Positions 19,166-26,842 of a stretch of DNA of 64,000 nt are shown here, in pieces (within the stretch, counting starts at the first letter, position 1; every line of letters begins with the position of its first letter). A program made the position numbers and the translations under genes. The DNA lies in contig CP070812.1 in NCBI GenBank assembly GCA_020344015.1, positions 4,261,489 to 4,325,488 of the forward strand, in the 5' to 3' direction. This stretch comes from Gemmatimonadota bacterium (GTDB lineage Bacteria > Gemmatimonadota > Gemmatimonadetes > Palauibacterales > KS3-K002). The notes beneath the pieces are model-generated. The model ran no database searches, was not told the DNA's origin, and was given only the letters and a program-made list of their open reading frames with translations.

Positions 19166-19272
19166 GTACACACAGCGGCCGCAACGATGCGTCGCGCCAA
19201 GCTGTTACGTTAGTGGGAGTCTCGCACCCACAACCATCTTCATCTGCTTCCACCCGGTACAAGGAGAAATCC

Positions 19273-21261
19273 GTGCGGAACGAGAGAATCTGCATCTCGA
19301 AGCTCGCCGCGGGGCTGATCTTCCTCACGGCGTCGGCGCTGGCCCTCCCCGGGAGCGGCCAGGCGCAAGCGACGTCGTATCTGGATTTCGATCAGCTCAC
19401 GCGCCAGCTCCGATCTCTGGTGAATAGCTCCGACATGGCCCGCATGAACTCGGTGGGGACATCGATCGAGGGCCGGGAGATCTGGGTCGTGGAGATCGGG
19501 AATCCATCAGGAAAGCCGTTGGAGGAACGCCCCGCCGTCCTGGTGATCGGAAACCTCGAGGGCGACCACGTGGTCGGCAGCGCCCTGGCGCTGGAGACCA
19601 TCCGCTACCTCCTGGACGGAGCCGAGGACAACGCCGAAATCCAGACGATCCTGGAGGAACAGACAGTCTACGTCTTCCCGCGGGTGAACCCCGACGGTGC
19701 GGAAGCGATGTTCGCGTCGGTCAAGTGGGAGAGGTCGAGGAACGCCCGCCCCTACGACGATGACAACGACGGCCGTATCGACGAGGACGGGCCCGAAGAC
19801 CTGAACGGGGACGGACTCATCACCGTCATGCGCGTCCCCAATCCTTCCGGCGACTACATGATCGACACGGTCGACGCTCGCCTTATGAAGAAGGCGGATC
19901 CCACAAAGGGCGAGCAGGGAGAGTACACGCTCTACTGGGAGGGCACCGACTCGGACGGCGACGGGTTCTTGAACGAGGACGGGCCCGGCGGCGTCGATCT
20001 CAACCGCAACTTCCAGCACGCCTATCCCTACTGGCAGCGGGACGCGGGTCCTCACATGGTCAGCGAGCCGGAGAGCCGCGCGCTGATGGATTTCGTGATC
20101 GCCCACCGCAACATCGGCGCGATCCTGGCATTCGGTCGCACAGACAATCTGGTTACGCCTCCCGACTCGCGAGGCAACGTCGCCGACGCGAGCATCCTGG
20201 ACCTGCCATCGTTCGCGGACGCTTCAAACGCGGAAATCTCCGAGGTCGGTGTATTCGGAGCTCAGCAACCTTCCGGCTTCGGTTTCTTCTTCTTCCGCGG
20301 CGGCAGAGGATCCGGCTTCCGCGGCGCACAACCGGGACGCGACAACGATCCGAACGCCGGCCGCAGGCCGGCCACCACGTTCAATCAGGCGGACCTCGAG
20401 TACTTCAATGCCGCCTCCGAAGCATACAAGTCCATCACAGGGATCGAGTCGGTCGGAATCCACCGGACGCCCGAAGGCGCCTTCTTCCAGTACGGCTACT
20501 TCCAGTTCGGCGTCCCCTCCTTCAGCACCCCGGGGTGGGGGCTTCCCTCGGCAGAGCCAGAAGAGCCTGGCGAGGAAACTCCGGGCGCCGCTGAGGAGCG
20601 CCCCGAAGGCGCCGCCCGTGAGAGGCCTCCTGGGGGCGCCAGACCGGCGGGCGCAGGCGCGAGAGCCGGCGGCGGGAGAGCCATGCCTCAGGGAGGACGT
20701 CCCGGCGGCGGTGGCGTTGCGGCCGGGGCGGATGCTCGCGTTCTCTCCGCCCTCGACGCCGCCGGGATCGACGCCTTCGTGGACTGGACCGCCTACACTC
20801 ACCCGACACTGGGTGAGGTCGAGATCGGCGGGTTCCGACCCTACGCCGCGACTAATCCCCCCGCCGAGGATCTTGCGGGGCTGGGGCGTGACCACGGCGA
20901 GTTCGTCGCCCGCCTGGCCCGTATGCTCCCGCGGGTGACGATCGTCGAGACCGAGGTGACGGCGCACGGCGGTGGCATCTACACCGTGGCGGTCGAGATC
21001 GAGAACTCGGGATACTTCCCGACATCGCTCCAACACGGGGTCGTGTCCCGTTCGGTCGGGCCGACGACCGTGCAGATCCACGTTCCACCGGAAGATGTGA
21101 TCACTGGCGACGCGAAGACGAGCTCGATTCGACAACTGAACGGTTCGCACAACCGAGAGCGTTTCGAGTGGGTGATTCGGGGACGCGATGGTGCGAGGGT
21201 AGAGATCACTGCGCTCGCCCAAAAGGGCGGGACCGACAGTGCCACCGTGACGCTGAGGTGA
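19273..21261 (+). CDS. M14-family carboxypeptidase-like protein, secreted, with divergent metal site and low-complexity insert
   Basis: GTG start follows AAGGAGA. Signal peptide is KLAAGLIFLTASALALPGSGQA. It aligns along its length with the downstream M14 gene (VYVFPRVNPDGAE vs FYIVPTVNPDGRD). EGDH replaces the HGNE zinc motif. There is a Gly/Pro/Arg-rich ~120-aa insert. Confidence 0.8.
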   Translation: MRNERICISKLAAGLIFLTASALALPGSGQAQATSYLDFDQLTRQLRSLVNSSDMARMNSVGTSIEGREIWVVEIGNPSGKPLEERPAVLVIGNLEGDHVVGSALALETIRYLLDGAEDNAEIQTILEEQTVYVFPRVNPDGAEAMFASVKWERSRNARPYDDDNDGRIDEDGPEDLNGDGLITVMRVPNPSGDYMIDTVDARLMKKADPTKGEQGEYTLYWEGTDSDGDGFLNEDGPGGVDLNRNFQHAYPYWQRDAGPHMVSEPESRALMDFVIAHRNIGAILAFGRTDNLVTPPDSRGNVADASILDLPSFADASNAEISEVGVFGAQQPSGFGFFFFRGGRGSGFRGAQPGRDNDPNAGRRPATTFNQADLEYFNAASEAYKSITGIESVGIHRTPEGAFFQYGYFQFGVPSFSTPGWGLPSAEPEEPGEETPGAAEERPEGAARERPPGGARPAGAGARAGGGRAMPQGGRPGGGGVAAGADARVLSALDAAGIDAFVDWTAYTHPTLGEVEIGGFRPYAATNPPAEDLAGLGRDHGEFVARLARMLPRVTIVETEVTAHGGGIYTVAVEIENSGYFPTSLQHGVVSRSVGPTTVQIHVPPEDVITGDAKTSSIRQLNGSHNRERFEWVIRGRDGARVEITALAQKGGTDSATVTLR

Positions 21262-23057
21262 TGGAAATGAACTACGTAAAAGAGAACAGAATGGTGACGA
21301 GGCTAGGCGCGGCCTTCCTGGCCATCGCCATCATCCTGGCCGGCGCGCCCGACCTGAGCGCCCAGCAGCGCGGTGGTTCCGACCCGGAGCACAGGTTGCC
21401 ACTCACCTGGGATCGCTGGCTCGATCACGCGGGCATGGCTGAGCGGATGAGGCAGATGGCCGACACGTGGCCCGAGTTCCTGACCCTCACGTCACTGGGC
21501 AAGAGCTACGGCGGCCGCGACCTGTGGATGATGACCATCAACAACCCCAGCACCGGCCCCGAGATGAACAAGGCGGCCATGTACATCGAGGCCAACGTGC
21601 ACGGGAACGAGATCCAGGGCGGTGAGATCTGCCTCTATACGATCTGGTACCTGATGGAGAACTACGGCCGCATAGAAGAGATCACGCGCCTGGTCGACGA
21701 GCGGGTCTTCTACATCGTTCCGACCGTCAATCCCGACGGCCGCGATTACTTCATGCACGGCACGGGCTCCGGCTCGCGCACCGGGCACGTACCCGTCGAC
21801 AGCGACGGAGACGGCCTCTTCGATGAGGATGGACCCGACGATCTGAACGGGAGCGGCATGATCGAGCAGATCCGCAAGTACGTCCCCGGTGAAGGTACCC
21901 ACCGCATCAGTCACGACGATCCGAGGATCATGGAGACCGTCCCCTCGGGCGAGACCGGTGACTGGATCCTGCTGGGGTCCGAGGGAATCGACAACGACGG
22001 CGACGGGCGCGTCAACGAGGACCCGGTCGGCGGCTACGACCCGAACCGCAACTACGGCGCGGGCTGGCAGCCCAACTACATCCAGGGCGGCTCGATGAAT
22101 TACCCGTTCGAGCTGCCGGAATCGCGTGCCACCAACGACTTCTGGATGACGCATCCCAACATCGCCGGCGCCCAGTCGTACCACAATTCGGGCGGGATGA
22201 TCCTACGCGGCCCGGGGACCGCCTGGCACGGCACCTACCCCAGAGAGGACATCCGCGTCTACGACGAGCTGGGCGAAAACGGCGAGCGGATCCTTCCTTA
22301 CTACAACTACCTTATCATCTGGCAGGGGCTCTATACGGTGCACGGGGGCTCCATCGACTGGACGAATGATGGGCTCGGCGCCGTCTCCTTCTCCAACGAG
22401 CTCTGGAGCGGCAGCCTGTACTTCGGCAGCGATCTGCTACGAGAACAACAGGAGGACCCGGACTCGCCGATCTCGGGCCAGAAGTCGCGGTTCTTCTTCG
22501 ATGACTTCGTCGAGTTCGGCGACAACTACGTCGAGTGGACGCCATTCGATCATCCACAGTTCGGAGCGGTAGAGCTGGGCGGGTGGAAGAAGTACTTCGG
22601 TCGGATAAACCCACGCTTCACGAGCATGGAGCAGTTCCACCGCAACATGGCCTTCACACTGTATCACGCCGATCAGATGCCGCTCATGTCTATCGGTGAA
22701 ACCACGGTAGAGAACGTGGGCGGGAACGTGTACAGGGTGCGGGTGGACATCAGGAACGAACGGCTGATCCCGACCATCACCGTGCGGGCGCGGCAGAACA
22801 ACGTCGTGCGCCCCGATCTCCTCACTGTTGACGGTAACGTCGAGGTCATCGCCGCGGGCTGGGTGCCCAACAAGCACCGGCCCGGCCCCACCGACCGAAT
22901 CGACCAGGACGAGCTCGACCGCATCATCATCCGCAGCGGCCACCCCGGCCGCACGACCCGGACCATCGAGTACCTGGTCCGCGGCTCCGGCTCGATGACG
23001 GTCACCTACTCTGCAGTCAAGGGCGGCACGGCTTCCACAACCGTGCGGCTCCGCTGA
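21261..23057 (+). CDS. M14-family zinc carboxypeptidase, secreted
   Basis: Signal peptide is MVTRLGAAFLAIAIILAGAPDLSAQ. The HGNE zinc motif lies in IEANVHGNEIQGGE. VNPDGRDY and SYHNSGG supply the third His. ATG overlaps the upstream stop by 1 nt. Confidence 0.85.
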   Translation: MEMNYVKENRMVTRLGAAFLAIAIILAGAPDLSAQQRGGSDPEHRLPLTWDRWLDHAGMAERMRQMADTWPEFLTLTSLGKSYGGRDLWMMTINNPSTGPEMNKAAMYIEANVHGNEIQGGEICLYTIWYLMENYGRIEEITRLVDERVFYIVPTVNPDGRDYFMHGTGSGSRTGHVPVDSDGDGLFDEDGPDDLNGSGMIEQIRKYVPGEGTHRISHDDPRIMETVPSGETGDWILLGSEGIDNDGDGRVNEDPVGGYDPNRNYGAGWQPNYIQGGSMNYPFELPESRATNDFWMTHPNIAGAQSYHNSGGMILRGPGTAWHGTYPREDIRVYDELGENGERILPYYNYLIIWQGLYTVHGGSIDWTNDGLGAVSFSNELWSGSLYFGSDLLREQQEDPDSPISGQKSRFFFDDFVEFGDNYVEWTPFDHPQFGAVELGGWKKYFGRINPRFTSMEQFHRNMAFTLYHADQMPLMSIGETTVENVGGNVYRVRVDIRNERLIPTITVRARQNNVVRPDLLTVDGNVEVIAAGWVPNKHRPGPTDRIDQDELDRIIIRSGHPGRTTRTIEYLVRGSGSMTVTYSAVKGGTASTTVRLR

Positions 23058-23064
23058 TGCACGA

Positions 23065-23097
23065 GGGGCAGGAGGGCGCAAGCCGCCCTCCTGCCCC
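23065..23097. terminator. strong GC hairpin between convergent genes (bidirectional terminator candidate)
   Basis: GGGGCAGGAGGGCG-CAAGC-CGCCCTCCTGCCCC is a perfect 14-bp stem with a 5-nt loop. It sits 8 nt after the M14 stop and 13 nt after the minus-strand lipoprotein stop. The U-tract on the plus side is weak (CAACTTTCATT). Confidence 0.55.
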
Positions 23098-23109
23098 GCC
23101 CAACTTTCA

Positions 23110-23511
23110 TTAACGAGATTCCGGTGACGACGCGCTCTCGGTCTGACCGAACTTGCATTCCGGCACACCCCGGGTCAGACCGTAATCCGTGATGACCGGC
23201 CCGACCTCCGCCGGAAATTCGCCGTCCCACCACCCATCGTAACGCGCGCAGATCGCTCCTTCTGCTTGCGCCGTTCCGATCCAGCCGCTCTCGTCCGCGT
23301 AGAGGATCGTCGTCGTTACTCTCGCCGATACACTGTGCTCCGGCAGTTCGAGCTCCGTCGTGTAGGTCCCGTTATCCGCGAAGTAGTACTCCTGCGCTGT
23401 CCCAACCGCCCACAGGCTCCTTTTCACCACGGCGCTCGAGACTTGTTCCTGCCCGGACGAGCAACCGACCACTAGGGTCAGCGCCGTCAGTCCTATCAAC
23501 AGCACCTTCAC
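23110..23511 (-). CDS. hypothetical lipoprotein
   Basis: Signal plus lipobox LTLVVGCSSG. Length is 133 aa with no family recognised. It is the first gene of the AT-richer islet. Confidence 0.5.
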   Translation of the reverse strand: MKVLLIGLTALTLVVGCSSGQEQVSSAVVKRSLWAVGTAQEYYFADNGTYTTELELPEHSVSARVTTTILYADESGWIGTAQAEGAICARYDGWWDGEFPAEVGPVITDYGLTRGVPECKFGQTESASSPESR

Positions 23512-23924
23512 CGTTCACCTCGCCGGGTTGGGATGACCTGGAACCCCTGGTCCTCGAAATCTTGATCGAGGGCCAACGCTTCCTGTATGCCCTCTGCCTC
23601 CATCAGCACGAAGCTGACGGAGTCCACCAAGCTCAACCCGCGGCGGTCGGTGCTGAACAGTCGTTCAAGCGCGCGGCGGTGTAGGCCTTCGTCGACCCAG
23701 TGTACCCCGAGGAGAGGAACGAGTCGGTTCTCGAAGTCCCGAACGGCCGCGAGCCCGAATCGATGCTGCAGCAGCGCGCACGTCTCGAGCAAGACATAGT
23801 TGGTGCTCACCAGGCGCCGGTGCGCCTTTAGTAGTCCGCTGAACGCGTCCACCACGATGTCGTGATCCTCTTCTGTGCGGACGAGGAGAGCGTAGAGCGC
23901 CGACGTATCGACGAACACGCTCAT
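23508..23924 (-). CDS. vapC: PIN-domain toxin VapC
   Basis: MSVFVDTSALYALL...LLET...D... shows the PIN acidic residues. A 4-nt overlap with the upstream RHH antitoxin suggests operon coupling. Confidence 0.85.
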   Translation of the reverse strand: MSVFVDTSALYALLVRTEEDHDIVVDAFSGLLKAHRRLVSTNYVLLETCALLQHRFGLAAVRDFENRLVPLLGVHWVDEGLHRRALERLFSTDRRGLSLVDSVSFVLMEAEGIQEALALDQDFEDQGFQVIPTRRGER

Positions 23925-24184
23925 CCTTCGTACGCCTCAGACAGATGCTCATCGTGGTCTTCCGCGACCCGAGATCGACCTTCCGGGTCGGCGTACTTCC
24001 CCACCACCGCCATAGCCTCGCGCACCAGCCCGTCTCGGCCAAGCTCCAGCTGCTCACCGGCCAACCGCTCCGCCACGCAGCGCCGCACGGCCTCCGACAT
24101 CGAGATCCCTACGCGATTCGCCCAAGCCTTCAAGCGCCGGTGCATCTCATCGGGCAATTGGATCTGAGTACGTACCATCTTCAT
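23921..24184 (-). CDS. vapB: ribbon-helix-helix antitoxin VapB
   Basis: MKMVRTQIQLPDEMHRRLKAWANRVGISMSEAVRRCV is an RHH/CopG fold. Start moved from the track M1 to the internal MKM. The track M1 would include the promoter palindrome. Confidence 0.7.
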   Translation of the reverse strand: MKMVRTQIQLPDEMHRRLKAWANRVGISMSEAVRRCVAERLAGEQLELGRDGLVREAMAVVGKYADPEGRSRVAEDHDEHLSEAYEG

Positions 24185-24187
24185 GCC

Positions 24188-24210
24188 ACCATTATATGAT
24201 ATCATAATGT
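24188..24210 (-). promoter_or_regulatory. vapBC promoter/operator: TATAAT -10 box overlapping a 12-bp palindrome
   Basis: On the minus strand, TATGATATCATA is a perfect palindrome at 24195-24206. It is followed by TATAAT (24196..24191) about 7 nt before the MKM start. RHH antitoxins typically bind such palindromes. Confidence 0.4.
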
Positions 24211-24266
24211 AATGATCAAGCTGCTACCCAGAGTGGGAGGCTGGCGGACGCGACCCGAGAAGCTTT

Positions 24267-24611
24267 CTATTCGGCCTCGAGCAGGATGTGCAGTTTCGAG
24301 ACCACGTCTCTTATAACACGTCCAGGTACCTGGCAGATGAACTCCACCTTCCGCTTCTCCCAATCCAAGCTCTTGACCTGATCCGACAACACCACGCCTT
24401 CCACACCACTCCCCTTCGGGGTTTCGACTTCGAAGGGATAGCCCTTGACACGCGACGTGATCGGGCAGACCAAAGCCAGGCCGACCTTCTCATTGTAAGA
24501 AGCCGGTGAGACTACGAGCGCCCGTCGCCGCCCCCCTTGTTCGTGACCCGGCTGCGGGTCGAAGCTCAGCCAAATCGCGTGACCGCGGCCCGGCACGTAG
24601 CCCACTACCAC
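24267..24611 (-). CDS. mazF: MazF/PemK-family endoribonuclease toxin
   Basis: VPGRGHAIWLSFDPQPGHEQGGRRRALVVSPASYNEKVGLALVCPITS is typical PemK/MazF. It overlaps the antitoxin by 7 nt. Confidence 0.85.
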   Translation of the reverse strand: MVVGYVPGRGHAIWLSFDPQPGHEQGGRRRALVVSPASYNEKVGLALVCPITSRVKGYPFEVETPKGSGVEGVVLSDQVKSLDWEKRKVEFICQVPGRVIRDVVSKLHILLEAE

Positions 24612-24847
24612 ACCTCCCTACCGACTGAACGGCCCGTCTCGATTTCGCCATGCCTGTTCTGCGGCGTCACACCGGCGAGCAAATCGGTGAGGGAATAACC
24701 CTCAGCCCTCACCGCCCTCACGCTCAACTTGTCGCCATCCAGCTCGATCTCCACCCGCGACCCCTCGGAGATCCCGGCCTCGACCGCCAGGGCTTTCGGG
24801 ATCCGCAGCGCAAGGCTGTTACCCCACTTTCGTACGTGCGATTCCAT
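24605..24847 (-). CDS. mazE: MazE/AbrB-type (SpoVT_AbrB) antitoxin
   Basis: HVRKWGNSLALRIPKALAVEAGISEGSRVEIELDGDKLSV is a swapped-hairpin AbrB fold. Confidence 0.85.
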   Translation of the reverse strand: MESHVRKWGNSLALRIPKALAVEAGISEGSRVEIELDGDKLSVRAVRAEGYSLTDLLAGVTPQNRHGEIETGRSVGREVW

Positions 24848-24968
24848 GAGTCTCTATCTCAGTTAACTCTTTGTTTCATAGACATTTACATTATGTCCAT
24901 ATACGTATCTACATAGTATCTACATAGAATCTACATCAGCTCCGTTGTTCCGTCAAACTGCGACCACG
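24848..24968 (-). promoter_or_regulatory. AT-rich mazEF upstream region with 11-bp tandem repeats and an inverted repeat
   Basis: ATCTACATAG x3 occurs with period 11 at 24907-24937. GACAT-N7-ATGTC inverted repeat lies at 24881-24897. GC content is much lower than the surrounding DNA. Confidence 0.45.
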
Positions 24969-26678
24969 TCACCCGCAGCGGTCGCACCCGGCGCACCGCC
25001 GGTGCGGTAACACTTCCCCGAAGTAGCGGAGCAGGTAGCGACGCCGGCACCCGCCCTGGTACGCGTACGTCTCCATCCGCTTGAGCTTGCGCATCTCCAG
25101 CGCACGCCGTGCGGCGACCCGCTCCCAGTCGACGGGCAATGCGTCGGGATCCAGCTTCAGGTCGGCGGGCACGTAGCCCGACCTGAGACCGTCATCGCGC
25201 CAGCCGATGAGGCCGGCCGCCTGAAGGGCATCGAGGGCGTCACGGGCGGCGCCGAAGTCGCCACCGGTCCAGCGGGCGACTTCGCGACGCGAGATACGCA
25301 GGTGGCGGCGCTCGGCCTGAGCCGAGATCCGGGCCAGGCCTTCGAGCACGGGAATAACGGCGAGGCGTTCTTCCGAGCCGTTGTCGTACTCGAGCAACTC
25401 ACGCACCTGAGCCGAGCTGGCGATCCATCTGATGGTACAGCTGGAGCGGTTCGCGGTGTCTTCGACGGCGCCTGCATCGCGGAGGATGCGTAGCGCCGAG
25501 TAGATCTCGCCCTCGCCCTTGGCGTCTTTGACGCGAGCCGCAAACTGGGCGGGCGTGACGGGACCGCCGGCGGCGCGCACCGCATCGCGAAGCGCGCTGA
25601 ACGTCGCACGCACAATCTTCCGTGGAGGATAGGATGAGCGGATGAAGAACTCGTGGGTGAAGCGATCGCGGTAACTATGCAAGAGGGTGCACTCGGCGGG
25701 CTCGCCGTCGCGGCCGGCGCGGCCCGCCTCCTGATAGTACGCCTCGAGCGATCCCGGCATCTGGAAGTGGATCACCCGGCGAACGTTGTCCTTATCGATC
25801 CCCATGCCGAAAGCGTTGGTGGCGACGACGACCGGCAGGTTCCCGACGGTCCACTCCTCCTGCACCCGGGCGCGGCGCTCGCGCGGCAGCCCGGCATGGT
25901 AGGCGGCGGCATCGATTCCTTCACCTCTCAGTAGTTCGCTCGTAGCCTCGACCACTTTGCGCGTCGATGCGTAGACCACCGCCGTCTCGTCGCCGTTCCC
26001 GAGGGTCGAGATCAGCAGCCCAGCCTTCTCGCTCAGCTTCTCTTCGCGGCGCACGGTCCAGCGCAGGTTGGGACGATCGAAGCCGCGGACGATGACGCGG
26101 GGCTCGCGGAGCCCCAATTCCTCGACGATATCGTCCCGCACCTCGGGCGTCGCCGTGGCGGTCAGCGCCATGAGGCGTGGTCGGCCGATCTCCCGCCATA
26201 CGTCCCGCAGCAGTAGATAGCTGGGCCGGAAATCGTGACCCCACTGAGAAACGCAATGCGCTTCATCGATGGCGACCAGTCCGATTTCCGTCGCGCCCAG
26301 CGCGCGCCGGAAGACGGGACTTCCGAACCGCTCCGGCGCCACGTAGAGCATATCGAGCTCGCCGGCGGCCGCCCGGGCGAGGCGCTCCTCGATCTCGGCG
26401 CTCGACAGCGTGCTGTTGACCAGGGCGGCCCGGATCCCACGGCGTTCCAAGGCGTTCACCTGATCGAGCATTAGGGCGATGAGCGGCGAGACGACGAGGG
26501 TGAGGCCTGGGAGGACGAGGGCGGGGACCTGGAAGCAGAGGGATTTGCCGCCGCCGGTGGGCATGACGATCAACGTGTCGCGACCGCGCAGGATCGACAG
26601 GATCGCCTCACGCTGACCGGGCCGGAAATCGCCGTACCCGAAGTACCGCCGGAGAGCGGAACGTGCCTCTGACCACAT
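24969..26678 (-). CDS. recQ: ATP-dependent DNA helicase RecQ
   Basis: FRPGQREAI, MPTGGGKSLCFQ, DEAHCVSQWGHDFRP, the helicase C-terminal domain, the zinc-binding RQC region and the HRDC-like C-terminus are all present. Length is 569 aa. Confidence 0.95.
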   Translation of the reverse strand: MWSEARSALRRYFGYGDFRPGQREAILSILRGRDTLIVMPTGGGKSLCFQVPALVLPGLTLVVSPLIALMLDQVNALERRGIRAALVNSTLSSAEIEERLARAAAGELDMLYVAPERFGSPVFRRALGATEIGLVAIDEAHCVSQWGHDFRPSYLLLRDVWREIGRPRLMALTATATPEVRDDIVEELGLREPRVIVRGFDRPNLRWTVRREEKLSEKAGLLISTLGNGDETAVVYASTRKVVEATSELLRGEGIDAAAYHAGLPRERRARVQEEWTVGNLPVVVATNAFGMGIDKDNVRRVIHFQMPGSLEAYYQEAGRAGRDGEPAECTLLHSYRDRFTHEFFIRSSYPPRKIVRATFSALRDAVRAAGGPVTPAQFAARVKDAKGEGEIYSALRILRDAGAVEDTANRSSCTIRWIASSAQVRELLEYDNGSEERLAVIPVLEGLARISAQAERRHLRISRREVARWTGGDFGAARDALDALQAAGLIGWRDDGLRSGYVPADLKLDPDALPVDWERVAARRALEMRKLKRMETYAYQGGCRRRYLLRYFGEVLPHRRCAGCDRCG

Positions 26679-26842
26679 GGGGCAAGGTCGCCCAGTGCGA
26701 TCAACGGAATATCAATGCGCCGGTGTAAGGTATGCCGTGTGCCGTTCGCGGTAGAAATCTCATTGGCGGGACCAGAACGCCGGCCAGGCCACCTCAGTGC
26801 GCACGCCTCGGTCCCGCGACAGTCCGAGGTCGCGCGGTCGGC

